A program made the position numbers and the translations under genes. The notes under the pieces were generated by a model. The model saw only the letters and a list, made by a program, of their open reading frames with translations, had not been told where the DNA came from and did no database searches. A DNA stretch of 64,000 nt from Octopus sinensis (Eukaryota). Below, in pieces: positions 48,893 through 61,610 of the stretch. Within the stretch, counting starts at the first letter, position 1, and each line of letters starts with the position of its first letter. The DNA is taken from assembly GCF_006345805.1 (NCBI RefSeq), contig NC_043004.1, positions 2,356,001-2,420,000 on the forward strand, given 5' to 3'.

Positions 48893-51085
48893 ATTAGACA
48901 TAAATTGTATACACGCTCATCATTTGGTTGGGAAATATCGTATGTAGTATATACGGGTTTAGACATAAATTGTATACACGCTCATCATTTGGTTGGGAAA
49001 TATCATATGTAGTATATACGGGTTTAGACATAAATTGTATACACGCTCATCATTTGGTTGGGAAATATCATATGTAGTATATACGGGTTTAGACATAAAT
49101 TTATACACGCTCATCATTTGGTTGGGAAATATCATATGTAGTATATACGGGTTTAGACATAAATTGTATACACGCTCATCATTTGGTTTGGAAATATCAT
49201 ATGTAGTACATACGGGTTTAGACATAAATTGTATACACGCTCATCATTTGGTTGGGAAATATCATATGTAGTATATACGGGTTTAGACATAAATTGTATA
49301 CACGCTCATCATTGGTTTGGAATATCATATGTAGTACATACGGTTTAGACATAAATTGTATACACGCTCATCATTTGGTTGGGAAATCATATGTAGTATA
49401 TACGGGTTAGACATAAATTGTATACACGCTCATCATTTGTTGGGAAATATCATATGTAGTACATACGGTTTAGACATAAATTGTATACACGCTCATCATT
49501 TGGTTTGGAAATATCATATGTAGTACATACGGGTTTAGACATAAATTGTATACACGCTCATCATTTGGTTTGGAAATATCATATGTAGTACATACGGGTT
49601 TAGACATAAATTGTATACACGCTCATCATTTGGTTGGGAAATATCATATGTAGTATATACGGGTTTAGACATAAATTGTATACACGCTCATCATTTGGTT
49701 GGGAAATATCATATGTAGTATATACGGGTTTAGACATAAATTGCATACACGCTCATCATTTGGTTTGGAAATATCATATGTAGTACATACGGGTTTAGAC
49801 ATAAATTGTATACGCGCTCATCATTTGGTTTGGAAACATCATATGTAGTACATACGGGTTTAGACATAAATTGTATACACGCTCATCATTTGGTTTGGAA
49901 ATATCATATGTAGTACATACGGGTTTAGACATAAATTGTATACACGCTCATCATTTGGTTGGGAAATATCATATGTAGTATATACGGGTTTAGACATAAA
50001 TTGTATACACGCTCATCATTTGGTTGGGAAATATCATATGTAGTATATACGGGTTTAGACATAAATTGTATACACGCTCATCATTTGGTTGGGAAATATC
50101 GTATGTAGTATATACGGGTTTAGATATAAATTGTATACACGCTCATCATTTGGTTGGGAAATATCATATGTAGTATATACGGGTTTAGACATAAATTGTA
50201 TACACGCTCATCATTTGGTTGGGAAATATCATATGTAGTATATACGGGTTTAGACATAAATTGTATACACGCTCATCATTTGGTTGGGAAATATCATATG
50301 TAGTATATACGGGTTTAGACATAAATTGTATACACGCTCATCATTTGGTTGGGAAATATCATATGTATATATACGGGTTTAGATATAAATTGTATACACG
50401 CTCATCATTTGGTTGGGAAATATCATATGTAGTATATACGGGTTTAGACATAAATTGTATACACGCTCATCATTTGGTTGGGAAATATCATATGTAGTAT
50501 ATACGGGTTTAGACATAAATTGTATACACGCTCATCATTGGTTGGGAAATATCGTATGTAGTATATACGGGTTTAGACATAAATTGTATACACGCTCATC
50601 ATTTGGTTGGGAAATATCGTATGTAGTATAACGGGTTTTAGACATAAATTGTATACACGCTCATCATTTGGTTGGGAAATATCATATGTAGTATATACGG
50701 GTTTAGACATAAATTGTATACACGCTCATCATTTGGTTGGGAAATATCATATGTAGTATATACGGGTTTAGACATAAATTGTATACACGCTCATCATTTG
50801 GTTGGGAAATATCGTATGTAGTATATACGGGTTTAGACATAAATTGTATACACGCTCATCATTTGGTTGGGAAATATCATATGTAGTACATACGGGTTTA
50901 GACATAAATTGTATACACGCTCATCATTTGGTTGGGAAATATCATATGTAGTACATACGGGTTTAGACATAAATTGTATACACGCTCATCATTTGGTTGG
51001 GAAATATCATATGTAGTACATACGGGTTTAGACATAAATTGTATACACGCTCATCATTAGGTTGGGAAATATCATGTGTAGTAGA
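48893..51085. repeat. Tandem array, 65 bp unit, about 34 copies
   Basis: Unit gggtttagacataaattgtatacacgctcatcatttggttgggaaatatcatatgtagtatatac. Period measured between 49021 and 49086. Confidence 0.98.
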
Positions 51086-51649
51086 TATCTACTTGAAAGA
51101 ACACATCAGCCTGCGACAGATATTGAATATTATTATACATAACTGTATTACGTTAAACATCTAGTCCTCAATTCAGCAATAATGATACTGCTTACAGCTA
51201 TAATTATAATTCATCATGTTTGAACAGCCATTTTATAATACCGAACATTCAATATGTCAAGCTATGATAGAATTGGGAGCCACATTTAAAAGAGACTTTA
51301 TTTATAGCTCAATGAGAGATAATTTGTTGAACCTTATATACGCTGGATTTCGGTCGAACGTTCTGTATCTAGTTCTGGAAATTGTGTTTTGTAAACGACA
51401 GACTATGCTGATGATCTTGCATATGTTTGTGTATCCATATACGTAAATATTAACAAGTGAAACTAATTAGTACATAGATAATCGTTTTTTTTGTTTCGTA
51501 TATTTTCATTTGTCTTACTTATTTTTACACTTTGTTTTTTTTGCGGAATTTTTTTCTTGAGAACACATTCTTCGTGGAAAATGGCGATTTTGACGTCTAT
51601 ATCTAGCATAAAGGCAGTCCATTTTTTTAGTGGTCAGTCCTCTAAATTT

Positions 51650-51687
<38 letters not shown>

Positions 51688-51716
51688 AGAAAAAAGCAAC
51701 AAGAATGGATTAGTTG

Positions 51717-51793
51717 TTCAGTACATTTGTTTCAATCGAAGAACAGCTTTATTAAAAGCTGCAAATACAAGTGTCCCGTATTCATCAGCCAAA
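51717..51793 (-). ncRNA. Type I hammerhead ribozyme motif with intact core
   Basis: Minus strand tttgg CTGATGA atacggga..CAGCTTT taat AAAGCTG..tcttcgatt GAAA caaatg TA ctgaa. Helix I is 5 bp including 2 GU pairs. Confidence 0.6.
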
Positions 51794-52158
51794 ACACCTA
51801 TGAGTTTTCAAACATCCTAGGGGGTGAGGCTAAACTCATGAAGTATCGAAGAGAGTTCTATAAAAATGTAAAGTTAGATTGTAAGCAGACTTCAAAAGTT
51901 CTCTAATGATGCACAGTTTTATAAAAGGTTCTTAAAAAAGTCTGTTAGCTTCACAGAAAAGGTAAATACATCCATTATTTTATGGCTAATACCATATAGA
52001 TTTCTGGTGCATCTAAGTTAAGTACCGCATTCATGTGAATTCATTGGAACTCACTTGAATCTTAATTGTTTTACTGAATAATATATATAGTATATATATA
52101 TATATATATAGAATATATATATGGGTGTGGGTGTGATTGTGTATAGAAGAATATATTA

Positions 52159-53970
52159 ATAAAAAGAATTCCAACCTTGTCTGATTTTCACGTTTTATTT
52201 ACAATCTTATAATGATATATCATAAGATAATATATTTAATTGAATAAACTAAATGAAATAGTAGAATGTTAATATTCATTCTGATTGAACTAGTACTTTC
52301 ATGCATTGAATTCTGCAATCTTCGGGTTCATGTAGTAGTGTTGACAGTCATGCTTCACATTTTTGACTGTAGCAAGATGATTGATTCTGTGCTATAAATA
52401 CAGCTGGGTAGGCTCCAGAGTGCTAGGTTTTGCAAACTGTATTCTGACCAATCAGTGTGTAGTATCACTCAATTACTTAAGCTGATTGGTTGGTTGAGCT
52501 GATTGGTTTAGGCATCACGCTTTGTTGGACATGTCAAGAGTCCTGTATCTTGACCCTGGCCGAAGCAGCAATTGTTGGGTTATTTTTAGAAATGTTGTAA
52601 ATATCCTTTGTCAGAGATTTTTATATTTTTATATTTCATTGTCATCATCATCATTGTCAGCACCTTAATTATTGTTGCTAGTGGTGATGGTGGTGGCAAT
52701 AGAACTTTTAACCCTAAATAAGATAATTTTCCTGCTATCTTCGTCTTGATCACCTTTAGTATGGTTGTTGTTGTTAGTGGTCATGGTCGTAGCAGTGGAA
52801 GTAATACCTCTAAGTATTATTATATTATTATTGCGTATATTAGCTTGGGTTCGAATTTATCAATAATTATTTTCTCTGATTTTCCTCTCGATTTCACTTG
52901 GGCTGTGTAATTTGTAGAATGGAAATATTATATATTTTTTCCGACCACATGTTGCTAGGTGGTTACTCAAAGGTATTTGACGGACCTCTGGGTCTCTAAT
53001 CTGTTGCCGGTGTACACGTGAGCGTTCTAATAGTGCGTTTCCCGTCTGACCTACATATATTTCTTCACAATTTGGGCATTTGATGCAGTAAATTAAATTT
53101 CTGCTTTTGCAGTTCATATTCGCGTTTGTGAATATTTTCCCGGTTTTTGTGTTTATATATGACCGGTATGTATGAATTGGCATGTGCCACATCGGCTATC
53201 ATTGCATTTAGATACCGTGAATGTTTGGTCTTTGTTGCTGAGGTCAAATTTTGCCTTTGTTAGTAATGTTTTCAAGTTTTTAGGCTGTCTTTTACTAAGC
53301 ACCATAGCTCGATCCGTGATTATGTCTTTTAATTCATTACTTTGGGCAATGATTGGTAGGTTTGCTTTGGCAATGTTGAAGATATTCTGGTGACATGGTT
53401 GTGTGTCACTATGAATGGTATGACTTGTTCTTGTTTTCCTCTTCCTTGGGTTGTCCTAAGTTGTTGTATAGGTATTTTTATAGCCCGCTGTATGCCATTT
53501 TCTATAAGTAGAGATGGGTATTTTTGTTTGAGCAAAAATTCTCTTAGTTCTATTAGGCGTTGTTCCTGATATTTGCATCTTCTACAATAGTACAAATTCT
53601 TCTGGCTAGGCAGTATGGGATGTTACGTTTTGTATGTGGTGGATGGCACGACTTAAAATTTAGGTATTGATGTGTGTCTGTGTGTTTATAGTATATATCT
53701 GTGGTGATGGTGGTGTCTTTTTTAATTACCATATATCCAGGAATGGTAATTTGGTATTACTCATCTCCTTTGTAAATTGGAGAGATGGGTGTAGGTTGTT
53801 CAGGAGGATATTGAACTTCCAGAGTATTTAGAGATTCTGTCCAGATTATGAAACAGTCGTCTAGGTATCTCTTCCATGCTTTTCAATATACTTCTAACCC
53901 AGTGCTATAGTTTACCTCCACCTCTTGGTAGAGTTGTTCTTCTAAGTATCCCATTACAGAGTTGGCGTAG
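52159..53970 (-). mobile_element. Penelope-like element, 5'-truncated (RT C-terminus, GIY-YIG endonuclease, 3' pseudo-LTR)
   Basis: AWKRYLDDCFIIW, TDIYYKHTDTHQYLNFKSCHPPHTKRNIPYCLARRICTIV and CKSRNLIYCIKCPNCEEIYVGQT..ERSRVHRQQI (52860..53192). Frameshifted. Confidence 0.95.
52286..52330 (-). ncRNA. Penelope pseudo-LTR minimal hammerhead (left arm)
   Basis: Exact reverse complement of 54661-54705. Confidence 0.7.
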
Positions 53971-54480
53971 AACGCTCACGTGTACACCGGCAACAGATTA
54001 GAGACCCAGAGGTCCGTCAAATACCTTTGAGTAACCACCTAGCAACATGTGGTCGGAAATATATAATATTTCCATTCTACAATTACACAGCCCAAGTGAA
54101 ATCGAGAGAAAATCAGAGAAAATAATTTTATTGATAAATTCGAACCCAAGCTAAATAAGCAATAATAATAATAATAATACTTAGAGGTATTACTTCCACT
54201 GCTACGACCATGACCACTAACAACAACAACAATACTAAAGGTGATCAAGACGAAGATAGCAGGAAAATTATCTTATTTAGGGTTAAAAGTTCTATTGCCA
54301 CCACCATCACCACTAGCAACAATAATTAAGGTGCTGACAATGATGATGATGACAATTGAAATATAAAAATATAAAAATCTCTGACAAAGGATATTTACAA
54401 CATTTCTAAAAAACCCAACAATGCTGCTTCGGCCAGGGTCAAGATACAGGACTCTTGACATGTCCAACAAAGCGTGATGC

Positions 54481-54602
54481 CTAAACCAATCAGCTCAACC
54501 AACCAATCAGCTTAAGTAATTGAGTGACTACACACTGATTGGTCAGAATACAGTTTGCAAAACCTAGCACTCTGGAGCCTACCCAGCTGTATTTATAGCA
54601 CA
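54481..54602 (+). promoter_or_regulatory. Candidate pseudo-LTR promoter: clustered CCAAT boxes and a TATA-like motif (mirrored in the left arm)
   Basis: aaccaatcagc twice, ctgattggtc once, then gtatttatagc (TATAAATA on the opposite strand), upstream of the hammerhead. Function is inferred only. Confidence 0.35.
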
Positions 54603-54660
54603 GAATCAATCATCTTGCTACAGTCAAAAATTGTGAAGCATGACTGTCAACACTACTACA

Positions 54661-54705
54661 TGAACCCGAAGATTGCAGAATTCAATGCATGAAAGTACTA
54701 GTTCA
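54661..54705 (+). ncRNA. Penelope pseudo-LTR minimal hammerhead (right arm, U4C variant)
   Basis: tgaac CCGAAGA tTGCA gaattcaa TGCAt GAAA gtac TA gttca: 5-bp helix I, 4-bp helix II, palindromic AGTACT helix III. Confidence 0.7.
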
Positions 54706-54825
54706 ATCAGAATGAATATTTAACATTCACTATTTCATTTTATTTATTCAATTATAATATATTATCTTATGATATATCATTATAAGATTGTAAATAAAAC
54801 GTGAAAATCAGAAGGTGGAATTCTT

Positions 54826-54897
<72 letters not shown>

Positions 54898-55214
54898 TGC
54901 CACTGTGCACACCAAGGTATTTGAAATCATTTTTTGTTTACATCTTGTAAATTAATTAGGTCATAAACGTGATCTCATTGTTTGCACACGGCTAAGTCCA
55001 TCTTGGCTACTAGAAATAATGTAGAATGATTGTCGTGCTGACGATGCCTATTGAGACAGTTGCACGTGTGCCTAACTGTCTCCTTAACGCCAGATAATAC
55101 GCCTATCATTTATTTCTTGATTTTTAAGATTATCTTTTCTTCCAAAGCGAATCTACTCCCGGTTGCCATTTGGAAATAGTGACACAATCGCTAGGGCGGA
55201 GAAGGTTTTGATAA

Positions 55215-55480
55215 ATGGAGAAGTTCTAAAGCAGATCAGGCATATTTCGGTCATATTATGCGGACAAAATCCCTTGAGAAGGACATCATGCTCGGAATGG
55301 TCAGTGGCAAGAGAGGAAGAGGCCGACTATGAACCCGCTGGCTTGACACCATCAAGAGTGATACCGGAATGGACATAGCCAATCTGAAAGAAGCGGCCCA
55401 GGATAGAACTGAATGGAGGACACTGATCCAACGAGTAACCGAGAGTCATCTTCGACTGAGCGGATAGATAGATAGATTAT
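55215..55480 (+). mobile_element. RTE (BovB-like) LINE 3' end
   Basis: AYFGHIMRTKSLEKDIMLGMVSGKRGRGRL*TRWLDTIKSDTG..AAQDRTEWRTLIQRVTESHLRLSG*, followed by a (GATA)n tail. Confidence 0.9.
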
Positions 55481-56598
55481 TTAGTATACCCGTATTTGAG
55501 TAAGCTTTTCACGTACATGCTGCTGGTCACTCTAAGTTATTTATCTGTAATGTTTTGCTTACTCACACACACACACAAATACACGCACACGAACGCACGA
55601 ACGCGTGCACATATATACATACATACATATATATACATACATACATATATATACATACATACATTCATACATACATATATATATATATATATAATTTCTA
55701 GGATTTATCAAAATGTCATGGTACTCTGAATAAAAGTGTTCGACATAAGTGAGCGGTAATGGTTGCTGCTAGAGAGACAAACCATTCAAAGAACTCACAG
55801 ACTTGTCTTGTGTAAGCCACAGAGATTAACCGCACGCCAATATTCTTTTCAAATGGCTACAGTTGTAAATGCTTCACAGAATGGACACCAAATAAAAGTA
55901 ATTTTCTGGATGATATTTTTTTGTTCTTACTTCTATATTTTATTAACGTGCAATATTATTACTGTTATTAATATTAGAATTTATACTATTTTACAATATT
56001 TTTATTGTTTTATTTAGCCTTTTATTCTTGCTGTTATTTTTTTTTCTTTTTCTTGATTCTTCTCAGAGAGGTATCCGAATTCTTCTGATTAAATATATGT
56101 ATGCATATACGAGTGTGTGTGTGTTTGGGTGCGTGTGTGTGTGTGTGTGTTTGTGTGTATGTGTATGTGCGTACGTATTTTCTTTCTTTCTGACAAACGT
56201 AATACGATTTTTTGTTACCACCAGGGATTCTAAAGGGACAGTTGTCGAAGCATTCTTTGTGACGTGACGAATGGTGAGCAGATAAACTTGGAAAACCGAT
56301 CTATTGTTAGCTATTTAACTTGAGGCAAAATATCAGCTGGAATTGGATAGACTATTTTATAGTTTATTTATTTAAATATTTATTTATTTACTTATTTATT
56401 TCTTTATTTTTTTTTGTTTCAACAGAATTGTATAAGTGACTGTCACTTGACGGGTTGAACCACAATCGTATTTTAGAAGTTTCGACGAGGTGATAAGAGG
56501 TGACAGTTTTCGTGTTTCGGTTATTTCAAGTATCGCAAAATGGAACACATATAACTGAACAACAGACACACGTACACGAACACACACACACACACCAC

Positions 56599-56635
<37 letters not shown>

Positions 56636-57394
56636 CACATACATACACACACATGTATATGTGTATGTGCGTTGTGTGTGCGAGAGACGATATATATATA
56701 TATATATACAGACACAGAGGACAGAAAGACAGAGAGAGAGAGACACACAGAGAGAGAGAGAGAGAGAGACGCAGGAAGAGTAAAGGAAAGAGAGAAAATG
56801 AGAGACTGGAAGGATATATTTCTAAATTAATACCAGTGGGCCACTGAAGTATCTTTTCTACTTCAGTAAAATATGTCTATAATTAACTTTTTCTCTTTGT
56901 TGGATAGTGTTCTCACTATCTATCTATCTATCTATCTAACTATCTATCTATCTATCTATCTATATATCTATCTATCTGTCTGTCTATGATTTTCTCCCTC
57001 CTTCTTTCTCTCTTTCTCCATTCATATATATATCAAAAACTGTGTAGAGAAAGTTCGATGATGGTATAAAGTTGCAGTGGCAATCCGGGTGGAATGTTGG
57101 TGGAATGTTGGTCCAGGAGTGATGCCAAAAGTCCGAGTAGGACGTTGCAAAGAAGATGTGAGTCTAAGACAGGATGACGTACAGTCATGCAGAAGTGAGA
57201 ATATGAGCATATATTAATATGCGGTTCAAAATTATTCAAAAGACAAAAAGCAAAAACCGCAAACATTTTTCTGCTTTTTGCAGTATGCATATATATAACT
57301 GAATAACAAAGATGTATAAGTGTCAATTCATTACGGCCGTTTCGCAGGACTCCTTTAATTCATCAATGAAAGCATACACCGCATGAATATCTCT

Positions 57395-57850
57395 CAGACC
57401 CCCACGTCTCTGTACCGTATAACATTGTCGGCACAATCACGTCCTCATACACACCCCTTTTCGCTCCCACACTCAACCTTTTATCTTTCAGCACACCTTT
57501 CCCAACTCCCTGTATCTTACTCCACTCCCTCACTCTGTACCCCACCTCCTCAGCCACAACCCTCCGCCGTCACGTATGACCGCAGATACTTAAAAACACT
57601 CACCTCCTCTAACATCTCACTATTTATACTCACATCCATCCTACCAGCCATTCCATCTCTCGAACATCTCATCATCTTACTCTTAGCTACATTCACTTTC
57701 AGATTCCTCCTCTCACACACTCTTCCAAACTCTACCATCAGTCTCCCCAGTTGCTCTTCCGAATACGCCAGCAGTACCGTATCATCAGCAAGTAGTAAAT
57801 GACTCACCTGCCATTTCTCTCCATTTTCTCCCACTAAAGTTTCTAGCATT
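57395..57850 (-). mobile_element. RTE LINE RT fragment
   Basis: WQVSHLLLADDTVLLAYSEEQLGRLMVEFGRVCERRNLKVNVAKSKMM..FKYL and VIVPTMLYGTETWG, with one frameshift. Confidence 0.9.
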
Positions 57851-57879
57851 CAACCAAAGCTTTTAGCATTCATCTCTCT

Positions 57880-58250
57880 CACCACACCAGCGAGATACTA
57901 TTGGCACGCACTTTTCAATGGCTGAAGTCTCCCTCTTTCTTCTGAACCTCAGTTGTGTCGTGTAGCAATCACACGTGTTTCGAATCGTCTGCCCACGTGT
58001 TTCAATGAGTCTGCATGTAGGTGATCCATGTCAGTGGTTCCAGTTGATGGTTTCTCACTGTGTCTTAACACCGGATATCCCTATATTGAAGATGTCCTCT
58101 AAATATTTCCGTCTATTGTGCACATTGTACTTTTCACTGGTAGCATCTCCCCAAACAATCTGTTGACTTCTGCGGTTGTCGAAATGTCTGCACCTTTCCT
58201 CCATCAATGATTCCCTGATGTTGCATTGTTTCAGCTTGGGTTCCATTGCA
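57880..58250 (-). mobile_element. Possible decayed Ty3/Gypsy RT remnant
   Basis: Only a loose resemblance (KVQCAQ*TEIFRGH ~ EKCxFxxxEIxFLGH), with many stops. Confidence 0.25.
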
Positions 58251-58315
58251 TTATTTCCCAGCAATGAAGAGGAAGAAAAAAGACACCTACACACAGACAG
58301 ACAGGCAGACAGATG

Positions 58316-58392
<77 letters not shown>

Positions 58393-58754
58393 ATATGGAT
58401 GCATATATGTACCAACACATGTACAGTAACTCCTCACGGTTTATTGTTTAAGCTGATGTCGATTCCTCCGTGGTGTTGTTTTGCATCTATAATAAAATAA
58501 ATATATATAAATTAGAAAAAGAATTTTTCAAAATATACAGTACTATTTCTACTTCGCAGATTTGCATCCATCGCGGAGGTGGTGGTGGTAGTGGCGGTTG
58601 GAACATAACACTCGCGATAGTCGAGAGACCGTGGTGAGTGAATGAGAAAATGACAGGAACTAAACATATCGTCTAATATTACGCAAATTATTTTAGTTAT
58701 CTTCAGCTGTGTATCATATTTTCTTATGAAGGTGTTTATATTATATACGAGTCG

Positions 58755-58978
58755 AAGGCGGCGAAACGTTAGCGCGCCGGGCGAAATGCTTAGCGGTATT
58801 TCGTCTGTCGTTACCTTCTGAGTTCAAATTCCGCCGAGGTCGACTTTGCCTTTCATCCTTTCGGGGTCGATAAATAAAGTATCAGTTTCGCACTGGGGTC
58901 GATCTAATCGGCTTAATTCCTTTGTCTGTCCGTGTTTATCCCCTCTATGTTTAATCTCTTGTGGGCAGTAAAGAAATA
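58755..58978 (+). mobile_element. SINE family B, single monomer
   Basis: Perfect 15-bp TSD tattatatacgagtc at 58739-58753 and 58981-58995. Confidence 0.92.
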
Positions 58979-59720
58979 TATATTATATACGAGTCACATC
59001 TCTAATTTAACTTAATGAGATTTATGTGAGTTAAGAAAACTATGATGGGGAGTCAGTTCAAACTATGATGGGGTTACAGAAACGGTAAAGTGTTAAGTCA
59101 GTAATCTGTATTGAGCTAAGCCTGTCTATGTTTTGCGTTCAGACTTGGGAAGTGATGTCGAAATTCTTTCCACTCTCAATGCCAATCGTACCTCGAGATT
59201 TTTTCAAATATTTCTAGAATTCCTTGGCAAAAATTCTGTTTCAGCATAATAAATCGTTATAATCCTCATGTTTATTTGTTATTAAAAAGAACTAACAATA
59301 TACCAACGTGAGGAATCAAGATGTAGAAGGTTTAGAAACTCTAACGGAGCGAGGAAGATGCCATCGAAGCATGAACGACTAAAATGAATGTTACACAATA
59401 TTATATAATTTGTGAAACAACCAAAGTAATCCAATATGCTGCTCATGTCACGGTATACACTACATGCACACACACACACACACGCACACCCACATGTATA
59501 TTTATATGTGTGTGTTTGAGTGTGTGCGTGTGAGAGAGAGAGAGAAAACGTGTGTGAGGAGGTTTGTGAGTATGTATGTACATGCGGCGGCGTAACTCCG
59601 AATACTTCCTACAAATCAAAAGATTTCGATTCTTTAATAAGGAAAAATTGAGATAATTGTTGTTGCTTTTTTTAAAAAAAAGAAAAGGACGTCTTAAGTG
59701 ACGTTAGGTATTTATGCACG

Positions 59721-59764
<44 letters not shown>

Positions 59765-59780
59765 CACACACACACACACA

Positions 59781-60800
59781 TATCCAGAGTACCCAGAAAT
59801 ATATATATATACATTCTTGAACAGATGTTAGTCCATTTCGTCTTCATTTCTTATTAGATTTGACCGATTACGAATAATGAAAGGAACCAAACTAAACTTT
59901 GAACAAAAGAATATTCTGTTAAAATGTTATAAGACGATCGAAGACGCAGTCGATGCAGAAAAACAGATTAGGAAGGAGTTTGAAAGAAATTCACCCACAC
60001 GATTTCAGGATGGCAGTGTTGTGAATGTCCACTAGAAATGTTCTGGAAAGTAGCAGACATCGAAGAACCTGCCAAAGAAAGAAAGCGGACTAATAGCCAA
60101 TTGCCGAATTTCAAGAAAATATCTGCGACAAAATGGCTTAGAGATGGGAATTTGAAAAATCAAGCATTCATCAAATTATCAAATGCTATCATTGAAAACG
60201 GTACATTCCAGTTATAGCCCATGCTTTCAATGAAGATAATTCATACAAAAGAAGAATAATTTTGCAAGTGGATTTTGGTAAGATCAATAATTGAAGAGAT
60301 GAAGCTACATTAAAATAAAATGGTCAAATCAACCCTTGACGTTCCACATCGAACGGAAGAACTTCATATTAATTTAACAAGACTCAAAGCATGGTGGGGC
60401 TTATAATCAAAAGGATTACTGAGCCATCCATATTTTGATGTAACTGATCCCGTTACATTCAAGAGGATTTTGAAGATGTGGTGTTTTATTTCTAGCAAGA
60501 CAGAGCAATCCCCAAAGCGATTTTTAATTTATGGTCCTGCTTGCTTTAGTAGAATTTTTTTCAGGTTCACTCACTTCACTCGGTTTTCTTACTGGAATTT
60601 TTAAGAGGTTACGTGATTATTTACGGTACAGAACTGATATCAATTGAGGGCAGTAATTCAACAAGAACGTTCACAAATATCGAACAGAATGTTTTTTTAA
60701 TGTTTCTAACTTCATTGCTTTGCATTATCAGCAGCGCCTCAGACAAAACTGCGATCAGTTTCAAAGAAGGGTTCATAAAGAAAATTGAATCCTAACAGAG
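59781..60800 (+). pseudogene. Decayed Tc1/mariner-superfamily transposase (DUF4817-type N-terminus)
   Basis: MKGTKLNFEQKNILLKCYKTIEDAVDAEKQIRKEFERNSPT..GSVVNVH, plus remnants of DEAxF, KxxVWCG, FQQDGAxPH and DFFLWGY. TIR-like tatccagagtacccagaaa at the left end. Confidence 0.6.
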
Positions 60801-60992
60801 ATTCTACAAATTGAAATTGAAATTTTTTAATAAGCATTCGTTATCATCATTCAATGTACACACTGATTAGCTACTATGTGTGTACACACACATACACACA
60901 CACACATATACATATACATACATACACACACACAAACACACACACACACACACACACATACACACACACACACACATGTATATATATTATTA

Positions 60993-61181
60993 AAATTATA
61001 ATTTAGGGTGTCTAAGAGATACCACTACGCTTGAAATAACAGCCAAAACTTGACTTTAAAACCACATTAAATGTTCATACAGCACCTGGTGCTGTATGAA
61101 CATGTAATGTGGTTTTAGAGTCAAGTTTCGGCTTCTATTTCAAGCGTGGTGGTATCTCTTAGATCCTCTAACTTATAATTT
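60993..61181. repeat. ~190 bp near-perfect palindrome with a 1-nt centre
   Basis: Centre ttcatacagcacc-t-ggtgctgtatgaa at 61087. The arms pair out to aaattataa/ttataattt. Confidence 0.92.
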
Positions 61182-61310
61182 CAATAATAATTATTAGGTT
61201 TGAAGGTATTCATTCCCATGCTAGCCACTTGGTATGATCGATATTTAAATTAACGATCTTATCCTTATATATATATACACATATATACATATATGCATAT
61301 ATACATATAC

Positions 61311-61376
<66 letters not shown>

Positions 61377-61563
61377 TATATATATATACAGTTAATCCAA
61401 ACATGAAAACACAAAGAGAAAACACAACAACGCGAGGACGTGGAACAAGTATAGTGTTATTAGACGCTCAGATATATATACATATATATGTATACATATA
61501 CATATATATATGCATACATACATACACACACACATACACGCACACACACACACACACACACAC

Positions 61564-61610
<47 letters not shown>

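Larger units (their letters stand above)
53971..54831 (+). mobile_element. Inverted duplicate of the Penelope 3' end (mirror of 52159-53027)
   Basis: Begins gaacgctcacgtgtacaccggcaacag, the reverse complement of 53001-53027. Followed by (TA)n at 54832-54893. Confidence 0.95.

Noticed and set aside
48893-51085. 65 bp array as CRISPR, C/D snoRNA array or hammerhead array (minus strand ATGATGAG followed by a hairpin)
   Set aside because: There are no variable spacers and no cas genes, no CTGA D box, and no GAAA after the hairpin.
51395-51420. DYADDLA RT-like motif
   Set aside because: There is an in-frame stop just upstream and no other RT motif nearby.
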